NCBI GenBank assembly: GCA_045634565.1
Contig: JAZRAM010000030.1
Span: forward strand, 1 to 34,289
Direction: 5' to 3'
Source: Bacilli bacterium
Lineage (GTDB): Bacteria > Bacillota_I > Bacilli_A > RF39 > UBA660
DNA: 34,289 nt
The notes below the pieces were generated by a model, which was given only the letters and a program-made list of their open reading frames with translations, searched no databases and was not told the origin of the DNA. A program made the translations under genes and the position numbers. Shown one piece after another: positions 24,769 through 31,570 of the stretch. Within the stretch, counting starts at the first letter, position 1; the number at the start of each line of letters is the position of its first letter.

Positions 24769-25884
24769 CTATATTTTTCCGCTTTTACGCTTATTAGCTG
24801 TCTTACTAATCATTTGTAAATTATCTAAAGTTGTGTAACCACCTGACCACCAAGGAATTATATGGTCTGCTTCCATTTCTTCAATTGGAAAATATTGGTT
24901 AGTAATTGGGCAAATTCCTTTTTGTCTCTCGTATGCAGTTCTTTTGTCGGCATTACTAAAGATTCTTTTAGATAGTTTACAAGCTAAATTTTCATCTAGT
25001 CCGCTTAATATATATTCGTAAACTCCTTTTTTCTCTGTAACTTCTTCATTTGCCATTAGTTCATTAACTAACTTTTCTATTTCGTTACTATCATAGATAT
25101 TAGTATGGTACTTATTATAAAGTTTTCCCCATTCTAAACCTTGCATTTCTTTTCGATAGTTGTTTTCTCCAAAGGTTGCTTTCACCCATTCAATTACACT
25201 ATTGAAATACAACCACAACTCATTTGAGTTTACATCGTGTTGATGTTTAGACATATATCCTACTATATCACCGTTGCTTATCCAATCTAATACAGTTTCC
25301 AAATATTCTTGTCTTATCGGACTACCTTTTACATATTTTTGTCCTAATTTGTAAGCGACACAATTGGGTTTGCTAAATTTTCTTTTTGCATCATCTAACC
25401 AAGTACCAACAAAATTGGCATTCAAAAGTTCTTGGTCTGTTAATTTTTCACCTGCTATGTTAATAGTTCTAAACCAATCCAAACGTTCCGAATTATCACC
25501 CTCACAGATGTATATCATTAATTCATAGTTCAAAATCTTTTCTTGTACATCACTAGGTAAGTTATGAAAAAACATTTCAACACCATTGAAATTTATTGCA
25601 AAATCACCATTGATAAATTGACAAATACTAATTGTTCTTTGTTGTCCGTCTAAAACTTCATAGTTTTCATTTCCATTATCTACCCAATATAAAGTATTCA
25701 ATGGAAAACCTTTTATAATGGTATCTATTACAGCACGTCTTTGCTTCTCACCATAGACAAACTCACGTTGATATGGTGGACGAATGTTTAATTTTCCATT
25801 CATACCAAAAACACCTTCAACTTGGTTATCTTTATATCCTAGTGCTATAATTCCGACTTTTATGCTTTGCAATGTTATTTTCAT
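24769..25884 (-). CDS. DUF262 (ParB-like) - HNH nuclease fusion, GmrSD-like architecture
   Basis: 371 aa. The N-terminus has PPYQREFVYG ... LDGQQRTISICQF (DUF262 signature). The C-terminus has ADHIIPWWSGGYTTLDNLQMISKTANKRK (HNH/His-Me finger). Confidence 0.85.
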   Translation of the reverse strand: MKITLQSIKVGIIALGYKDNQVEGVFGMNGKLNIRPPYQREFVYGEKQRRAVIDTIIKGFPLNTLYWVDNGNENYEVLDGQQRTISICQFINGDFAINFNGVEMFFHNLPSDVQEKILNYELMIYICEGDNSERLDWFRTINIAGEKLTDQELLNANFVGTWLDDAKRKFSKPNCVAYKLGQKYVKGSPIRQEYLETVLDWISNGDIVGYMSKHQHDVNSNELWLYFNSVIEWVKATFGENNYRKEMQGLEWGKLYNKYHTNIYDSNEIEKLVNELMANEEVTEKKGVYEYILSGLDENLACKLSKRIFSNADKRTAYERQKGICPITNQYFPIEEMEADHIIPWWSGGYTTLDNLQMISKTANKRKSGKI

Positions 25885-25922
25885 ATACCTTATTAATTTA
25901 ATTTGTTTGTTACTTTAGTTTT

Positions 25923-25962
25923 TATATATGTAAGGTTTGTTTCTCTCGACCTTACATATATA
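25923..25962. repeat. perfect 14-bp inverted repeat TATATATGTAAGGT / ACCTTACATATATA (12-nt loop)
   Basis: Left arm 25923-25936, right arm 25949-25962, checked base by base. Confidence 0.85.
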
Positions 25963-25994
25963 AAACCAATTTCAAACTATTTTTTTCACAATCC
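25951..25994 (-). promoter_or_regulatory. class I promoter-like element of the DUF262-HNH gene
   Basis: Motif copy upstream of ATG 25884. Its start-site end is the right arm of a 14-bp inverted repeat. Confidence 0.65.
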
Positions 25995-26012
25995 TATCGA
26001 AAAATTTTCATT

Positions 26013-26975
26013 TTATCTTTTGTGGCGGATAAGAATACGTGCATAAACTCCTTTACCGTTTAAAGTAAATTTCGGACTATTATCATTTCCATTTACAAAA
26101 CATTCTCCTTTTGCACCACTCATTATACCTAAAATTTCAAATTGATTTGGGCAATATTTATCTAGAAATGTAATAGGCACACCCATAACACCATCATAGT
26201 CCATTGGTATATCACAAGTTTTTGAAACCTCAATAGCATCATAGTTATCATATTTTTTATAATACTCATTTGAGTATTTCATATATAAATCTAAAGTTTG
26301 TTTACGTCTATCATGTTCCATATTGGTAAACCAACGAACACCTTTTACTTTTATATATCGTTTACCATTTTCGTCTATCCCACAACCTGCTGCTTCTAAT
26401 GAATAACTTTCAGGAACATAAAATTTTCTATCACCACTTGATATACTTGGACCAAACCAAAGTTTATTTTCTTTAATTAGTGGAAATATTTCTTTATATG
26501 TGATAGCATTCATATTTCCCAATATAAGGAATTGTTTTCCATATTCAACTAATTGACCAACATATTCTCTAAATAAGCTGAAAGGTGGGTTTGTTACAAC
26601 TATATCAGCTTCTTTTAGCAATTCAATACATTCAGCACTTCTAAAATCGCCATTACCTTCTAATTCTGTTACTTCTATTTCGTCAAAATCGGGCATACAA
26701 TTTCCGTTTTTGTCTCCCGTGTAAACAAGTTTTACACCTTTTCCGTTTTCTTTATATCCTGTGGATATAAGTTTTTTAAGTCCTAGAAATTCAAAGTTCA
26801 ATGAAAAGAACTTGAAAAAGTTTGATTCTCTAGCATCATCACAATTGCAGTACACTACTTTATTTTTAAAGTGAGGACGATAATATTTCAATTCGTTCTC
26901 AATATCACACAATTGTGTGTAAAATTCGTCTGCTTTTGCTTTTTTTGCTGTATGTAAATTATTATTCTTAGCCAT
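26013..26975 (-). CDS. N6-adenine DNA methyltransferase, EcoRI-methylase-like family
   Basis: 320 aa. ADEFYTQLCDIENEL ... VVYCNCDD ... VVTNPPFSLF (motif IV NPPF). This matches my recollection of the EcoRI_methylase family. Confidence 0.8.
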   Translation of the reverse strand: MAKNNNLHTAKKAKADEFYTQLCDIENELKYYRPHFKNKVVYCNCDDARESNFFKFFSLNFEFLGLKKLISTGYKENGKGVKLVYTGDKNGNCMPDFDEIEVTELEGNGDFRSAECIELLKEADIVVTNPPFSLFREYVGQLVEYGKQFLILGNMNAITYKEIFPLIKENKLWFGPSISSGDRKFYVPESYSLEAAGCGIDENGKRYIKVKGVRWFTNMEHDRRKQTLDLYMKYSNEYYKKYDNYDAIEVSKTCDIPMDYDGVMGVPITFLDKYCPNQFEILGIMSGAKGECFVNGNDNSPKFTLNGKGVYARILIRHKR

Positions 26976-27207
26976 ATCTTTTATATTTTTACGTTGTTAT
27001 TATTGTTTCTTACATATATAAAACCATTATTCACACATTTATTTCACAATCTGAGAAAAATAAATCTACTTTTTTTAGTGTTAATTAATTTAACATTAAA
27101 AAATTAATCTCTACTAATATAACCAATATAGGTTTATTTTTTTCACAAAAAAACCTCCAAACTTTTTATCATTTGGAGGTGTAAGAAAATAAAAATCAAT
27201 TGTAAAA
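26976..27207 (-). promoter_or_regulatory. composite intergenic module (P1 variant only), upstream of the methyltransferase gene
   Basis: Promoter copies at 27009-27052 and 27111-27148. P1 variant TGTTAATTAATTTAACA at 27079-27095. Hairpin at 27153-27180. Confidence 0.7.
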
Positions 27208-27651
27208 CTATAAAGCTATATGTTCAAAATACATATCGTCGTTTTGTATATCCACCAAATTCACGGGAGAATGATGGTAGTAATATTGTTGATTACGATA
27301 TTGACAACCATTATATGATAATGGATAGATATAATTTATATCATAAGTAATTACGTCTTCTACAGCGTCTATTTCTCTTACTTGTACTTTGATATAATCT
27401 TTTGTTTTTAAAATTTGTACTTTACTAAAGCCGTATAAAGATTCTATTATAGGAATAAATATATCTTTATAAAATAAACAGCTATTACTTGTGAAATTAC
27501 CTCTTTTTTCTCTAGTTAAAATAACTCCATTAATTTGTTGATTAATAGATTGTAATTCATTAGATTGTTCCAATATATCCAAAACTTCATTTTCTAATTC
27601 GGGAGTTGAAAATGAGTTTTGTATTTCAAATTCTAATATCAATGTTTCCAT
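27208..27651 (-). CDS. hypothetical protein
   Basis: 147-aa ORF. Confidence 0.7.
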   Translation of the reverse strand: METLILEFEIQNSFSTPELENEVLDILEQSNELQSINQQINGVILTREKRGNFTSNSCLFYKDIFIPIIESLYGFSKVQILKTKDYIKVQVREIDAVEDVITYDINYIYPLSYNGCQYRNQQYYYHHSPVNLVDIQNDDMYFEHIAL

Positions 27652-27671
27652 ATCTCTTTATTATTTTAATT

Positions 27672-27712
27672 GTTACATACATATAACCATTATGGATTTA
27701 TTTTTTTCACAA
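27672..27712 (-). promoter_or_regulatory. class I promoter-like element (terminator-fused)
   Basis: Motif copy upstream of ATG 27651. It abuts the hairpin at 27718-27743. Confidence 0.65.
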
Positions 27713-27717
27713 AAAAA

Positions 27718-27743
27718 CCTCCAAATTTTTTATCGTTTGGAGG
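27718..27743 (-). terminator. conserved terminator hairpin CCTCCAAA/TTTGGAGG
   Basis: 8-bp stem with a T-run, fused to a promoter copy. Confidence 0.7.
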
Positions 27744-27781
27744 TTTAACACACTAATATATATTATAAATGAAATTTGAAT

Positions 27782-28291
27782 TTAATCTAAATATCCATGT
27801 AATGTTTTTCTTTTTACAATCATTTCGATAAATGGTTGGAAAACATCCATATGTTTCATATAAAATTTCATTGGTATTTGATATTGAAAATAGGCAATTG
27901 ACCACCATATATTACCACCTTGAGGGCATTTACAATTTGCAAATAAATCCCAATTATTTTCAATGAACTCACCTGTAAGGTTTTGATAATAATTTGTTAC
28001 CTCATACCAATCTAATTTGTCTTTATATTCCAATAATAAATCTAATGGAATTATATTTCGATGTGAACGCAATATTTCTTTTAGATAATCAATATTATAT
28101 CTAGCTAGAACTTTTATTGTTTCTAAAGATAGAAATTGATTCTTACTATCTAAGTCTTTCCATAAGTCGCATGGTGTAGGAAGTGAAACATAATCACTGT
28201 TTAATTCACTATTCAATAAACAAACTATTTTATATCCTATAGGATATTGTTGTTTATACATCTCTCTTAAATTCATTCTGATTTGTTCCAT
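27782..28291 (-). CDS. hypothetical protein, weak similarity to the 23-residue repeat family
   Basis: 169 aa. LLLEYKDKLDWYEVTNYYQNLTGEFIENNW resembles one to two repeat units. Confidence 0.65.
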   Translation of the reverse strand: MEQIRMNLREMYKQQYPIGYKIVCLLNSELNSDYVSLPTPCDLWKDLDSKNQFLSLETIKVLARYNIDYLKEILRSHRNIIPLDLLLEYKDKLDWYEVTNYYQNLTGEFIENNWDLFANCKCPQGGNIWWSIAYFQYQIPMKFYMKHMDVFQPFIEMIVKRKTLHGYLD

Positions 28292-28683
28292 ATCTCTTTA
28301 TATTTTATCTTTCATTTGTTCTTACATACATATAACCAATTTTAATCTAGATTTTTCACAATCTGAGAAAAAAAAATCTACTTTTTTTACTGTGAAATTT
28401 ATTCTTATAAAGTGGTTATATAAGTAGATAAAATAATTAATTTATTAAATAATTTAACATTCTTAATTATCCCCTAAAATCTTTGATTTAAGCAACGTTC
28501 TCTTTAATCTTAATATATTTATCCATTAATAAATAAAAACGTCTCTAATCGATTATTTTAATGTTTAATTTATATATTATATATTATTACTTATATAACC
28601 AATATTATTTCTTTTTTTTCACAAAAAAAACTCCAATCTGAAAAAAAATAGATTGGAGTTGTAAATAACTAATAATTAAACAT
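28292..28683 (-). promoter_or_regulatory. degenerate composite module with a plus-oriented promoter copy
   Basis: Minus-oriented copies at 28321-28364 and 28590-28624. Plus-oriented copy at 28390-28429. Decayed P1 near 28445. Hairpin at 28631-28658. Confidence 0.6.
28390..28429 (+). promoter_or_regulatory. class I promoter-like element pointing against the gene array
   Basis: ctgtgaaatttattcttataaagtggttatataagtagat on the plus strand. Confidence 0.5.
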
Positions 28684-28851
28684 CTATCGTTTCTATGCCG
28701 CTAATACCAAGTCGGTAACTCTGCGTGCGTCTGAATGATTTCCAAGTCTCTTATAACAAAATTGGTAAAGTTCGCTTTCAGATAGAAAATAGTTTCTATT
28801 TTTCTTACATACTGCTTGGTTGAATACTTTTGTTATGTTTGTCTTGTACAT
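28684..28851 (-). CDS. small hypothetical protein (55 aa, below the ORF-track cutoff)
   Basis: My translation is MYKTNITKVFNQAVCKKNRNYFLSESELYQFCYKRLGNHSDARRVTDLVLAA*. It is preceded by the same promoter+leader as 19416..19724 and followed by the hairpin at 28631-28658. Confidence 0.5.
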
Positions 28852-28861
28852 TGTCTTGCAC

Positions 28862-28890
28862 GATTCACCTTATACTATCGAGAGGTTTTT
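28862..28890 (-). promoter_or_regulatory. conserved leader block with AGGTGA Shine-Dalgarno-like core
   Basis: Identical 29-mer to 19735-19763, upstream of the 55-aa ORF. Confidence 0.55.
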
Positions 28891-28936
28891 ATTGTTATTA
28901 CTTTAATTTATCTCTGTAAGGTTTGTTTCTTTCGTC

Positions 28937-28980
28937 CTTACATCTATAAAACCACTATTCACACATTTATTTCACAAATC
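28937..28980 (-). promoter_or_regulatory. class I promoter-like element
   Basis: Motif copy upstream of the 55-aa ORF (ATG 28851). Confidence 0.6.
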
Positions 28981-28992
28981 CGAGAAAAAAAA

Positions 28993-29445
28993 TCAATCTA
29001 TTTCCAACAATTGCAACAAATTTTCTATTTGTTGTTGAGTTATTGTTATTTGTTCATATCGTCCTAAAAGTTTTCTTTTAGGATAATAACGACACCAATC
29101 AACTTCAATATATTTTCGTTGTGTGTTGCATATTCTTTGATGTAATGATTTTATAAAAGATATTTGTTCCAATGGCGTGCGTTTTTTACATACACAACTC
29201 AGACCATTATCTTCAACAATTTTATATTGTAAATAATTTATTAATGATTCTTTGTTATCGTCTATTTTCCAAGTTTTTAAGTCTTTATATCTTACAACTC
29301 GTAAAAATTTACAACCTTTATATGGTTTACTTGGGATAGTTTCTTGTAAATCTTTATAGGCTGATTCTATTTTTTTACTTATTTCTGATTCATTTTTACG
29401 TATTTGTTGTAATAATTCATCTCTTTGTTGTAAAAGTGTTTTCAT
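28993..29445 (-). CDS. hypothetical protein
   Basis: 150-aa ORF. Confidence 0.7.
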   Translation of the reverse strand: MKTLLQQRDELLQQIRKNESEISKKIESAYKDLQETIPSKPYKGCKFLRVVRYKDLKTWKIDDNKESLINYLQYKIVEDNGLSCVCKKRTPLEQISFIKSLHQRICNTQRKYIEVDWCRYYPKRKLLGRYEQITITQQQIENLLQLLEID

Positions 29446-29472
29446 AGCTTCATGTATTTATTTGTTGTAGTT

Positions 29473-29784
29473 CTAATGTCCAAAATCTTCAAACCAACCT
29501 CCAATACCATAACAAGTTTCTCTAAATTGTTGTTTTGATTCAGTACTTTTGCAATCACATTTGCCAACCTCTTTACCACTACCACATGAACATAAATCTA
29601 GTCCATAATGGTTTACACAATGGTCGCATGAGTAAAAATCTGTTTTTACTTGGCGTTTGATTTTTCGTAAATCAATCCCAAACTTTTTTAGATTTTTTTG
29701 TTTGACGCTGTTTATAGTACCATCATCAAAATATAAGGTAATCGCACCACATTGACACTTATTGTAACTTATATTATTATTCAT
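29473..29784 (-). CDS. Cys-rich protein with SEC-C-like metal-binding motif
   Basis: 103 aa. CQCG, CDHC and CSCGSGKEVGKCDC (resembles SEC-C CxCGSGKKxKxC). Confidence 0.65.
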   Translation of the reverse strand: MNNNISYNKCQCGAITLYFDDGTINSVKQKNLKKFGIDLRKIKRQVKTDFYSCDHCVNHYGLDLCSCGSGKEVGKCDCKSTESKQQFRETCYGIGGWFEDFGH

Positions 29785-30014
29785 AACTCTTTAATTTATT
29801 TATTTTCTTACTTACATATATAAAACCATTATTAATACATTTATTTCACAATCTGAGAAAAATAAATCTACTTTTTTAGTGTTAAATAATTTAACATTAA
29901 AAAATAAATCTATACTAATATAACCAATATAACTTCTCTTTTTTCACAATCTTACATATAAAAAAACCTCTAAACTGAAAAAGTTCAGAGGCAAAACAAA
30001 TATTAAAGTTATGA
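29785..30014 (-). promoter_or_regulatory. composite intergenic module (P1 only)
   Basis: Promoter copies at 29811-29854 and 29915-29952. P1 at 29880-29896. Hairpin at 29967-29991. Confidence 0.7.
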
Positions 30015-30197
30015 CTAATCTCTATTAAATAATAAGCATAAAGGTAGGTTCAAAAACATCATTCCAACTATCACACCCAAAAATACTGGAATACTTGAAA
30101 CTTCCATAACCCAATCTATTAAACCGCCAAATATTAAATCAATAAATATTATACCTATTATATATACTTTCATTATCTTTGCTACTATATTTTCCAT
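30015..30197 (-). CDS. small membrane protein (2 TM)
   Basis: 60 aa with two hydrophobic helices. Has its own class I promoter and a terminator at 29967-29991. Confidence 0.55.
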   Translation of the reverse strand: MENIVAKIMKVYIIGIIFIDLIFGGLIDWVMEVSSIPVFLGVIVGMMFLNLPLCLLFNRD

Positions 30198-30231
30198 ATC
30201 TCTTTAATTTATTTATTTGTTTATTTTCTTA

Positions 30232-30272
30232 CTTACATACATAAAACCATTATCAATAAAAATAATTCACAA
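30232..30272 (-). promoter_or_regulatory. class I promoter-like element (last minus-oriented copy)
   Basis: cttacatacataaaaccattatcaataaaaataattcacaa, upstream of ATG 30197. Confidence 0.55.
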
Positions 30273-30323
30273 AATATCAATTTATTTTTTATATTGAAAA
30301 TGTAAATTTTTTTTTGTTCAAAT

Positions 30324-30363
30324 CGTGAAATAAATAAATTTAAATTGGTTCTATAGTTGTAAG
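30324..30363 (+). promoter_or_regulatory. class I promoter-like element, plus orientation
   Basis: cgtgaaataaataaatttaaattggttctatagttgtaag, 30 nt upstream of ATG 30393. Confidence 0.6.
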
Positions 30364-30392
30364 AATAAAACAAATATAAAAGATATAAAGAT

Positions 30393-30953
30393 ATGAAACA
30401 AAAAGATTTTAAGGCTGTAGCTAAATGCGTTTGTCATGATAAATCCCATAAAATAATGAATCATGATATTACAAAAGTATGGTGTAATAAAAATCACCTT
30501 TATGCAACTAATTGTTTTGTAATGGTCGGAATCAAAACCGACTATCCAAAAGAGTGGGAAAATTGCGTTGTTAGTACAGACCAAAAAAATATATCAAACC
30601 CAACTTGGAAAACTTGGAATAAATGGACTAAATATCTATTATCTAAACCAAAAGAAAAATGTATTAATACATTCAAATTAGATAAAGAACTAATCGAAAA
30701 AGGTTTAGAATTATGTAAACAAAAAAACGATATAAAATACATTAGAATTAATGATGCGTTCTTTGAAAAAAGAAACTTGAAAATAATTTTGGATTTAATG
30801 AAACATTATGGTATATACAAATTCCAATTATATAATTATGAAACACAAAATATACGTTTATTCATTAAAAACGAAAATATTATATGCACTGCTTTAGCAA
30901 CATTTTTCTCAATAGAAAAAATAGATAAAGTCAATTGTAGTAAATGGCTGTAA
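30393..30953 (+). CDS. hypothetical protein
   Basis: 186-aa ORF with a plus-oriented class I promoter at 30324-30363. The overlapping minus ORFs are shadows. Confidence 0.7.
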   Translation: MKQKDFKAVAKCVCHDKSHKIMNHDITKVWCNKNHLYATNCFVMVGIKTDYPKEWENCVVSTDQKNISNPTWKTWNKWTKYLLSKPKEKCINTFKLDKELIEKGLELCKQKNDIKYIRINDAFFEKRNLKIILDLMKHYGIYKFQLYNYETQNIRLFIKNENIICTALATFFSIEKIDKVNCSKWL

Positions 30954-30967
30954 AATTTGAAAGGTTT

Positions 30968-31008
30968 CTGTGAATAAAATAAATTTAAATTGGTTATATA
31001 GATGTAAG
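30968..31008 (+). promoter_or_regulatory. class I promoter-like element, plus orientation
   Basis: ctgtgaataaaataaatttaaattggttatatagatgtaag, upstream of ATG 31035. The leader ends ataagagatATG. Confidence 0.65.
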
Positions 31009-31034
31009 ATAACTAAACTAAAAATATAAGAGAT

Positions 31035-31298
31035 ATGGAATATATTGTAGAAAAACCACTAAGACATTTCCAATTTTGGGACGGTGCTAAAGACACAGTT
31101 AGCCATTTAAGTGAAGAAGACTTAGATACCATAGAACAACATTTAGAAGAATGTTATCCCGATGGTGATATAACAGATACTAAAATCAATAGCATATTTT
31201 GGGTGGAAACAGACTTTATAGCTCAATGCTTGGGATTCGAAAATTGGACAGAATTTTTGGAAAGTAAAACAGAAACCGAAATAGAGGGGAACGAGTAA
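31035..31298 (+). CDS. hypothetical small acidic protein
   Basis: 87 aa, very D/E-rich, with a plus-oriented class I promoter at 30968-31008. The stop codon is embedded in a GC hairpin. Confidence 0.65.
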   Translation: MEYIVEKPLRHFQFWDGAKDTVSHLSEEDLDTIEQHLEECYPDGDITDTKINSIFWVETDFIAQCLGFENWTEFLESKTETEIEGNE

Positions 31299-31420
31299 TC
31301 CCCTCCCCACATAGGGGTGTATAGAGGGGTGCCCACATACCCCTCCCCATATACCCCACCCACGTATCCCCTCCCTTTTAACACTTTTTAACAGGTGTTT
31401 GTGGGGGGGCACGGTTCTCC
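31284..31420. other. GC-rich island with C/G tracts and GC hairpins
   Basis: CCCCTCCC(C) at 31300-31308, 31340-31348 and 31368-31375. Hairpins at 31284-31305 and 31324-31345. G7 at 31403-31409. Confidence 0.8.
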
Positions 31421-31434
31421 ATCCATCTTTTCTC

Positions 31435-31458
31435 AAAAAATTTTACAAAAAATTTTAG
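31435..31458. repeat. phased A6T4 tract, 12-nt unit x2 (AAAAAATTTTAN)
   Basis: aaaaaattttac aaaaaattttag, read directly. Confidence 0.8.
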
Positions 31459-31570
31459 TATTCTTAGAGAGTGACTCCTTAGATAATAATTTTTTCAAGG
31501 GTAAAAACCTCCTCCTTCTTATTTTATTACAAATATAAGAGGGGGGGGTTGTTTTTTTTATAAAGGTGTT

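Noticed and set aside
5947-30272. Regularly recurring intergenic repeats could at first glance suggest a CRISPR-like array.
   Set aside because: Repeat spacing is 300-1200 bp and the 'spacers' are intact ORFs of varied length. The repeat unit is a terminator hairpin plus a promoter-like element oriented with the genes. There is no short constant repeat/spacer periodicity and no cas genes.
30351-30742. Minus-strand ORFs 30351..30584 and 30542..30742.
   Set aside because: They are shadows of the plus ORF 30393..30953, which has the plus-oriented class I promoter and the conserved leader. The minus ORFs are hydrophobic low-complexity reverse-frame products.
31143-31436. 97-aa minus-strand ORF across the GC-rich island.
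   Set aside because: It overlaps the promoter-served plus ORF 31035..31298. Its Gly/Trp/Pro/His-rich translation comes from the C/G tracts, and it has no promoter or start context like the other genes.
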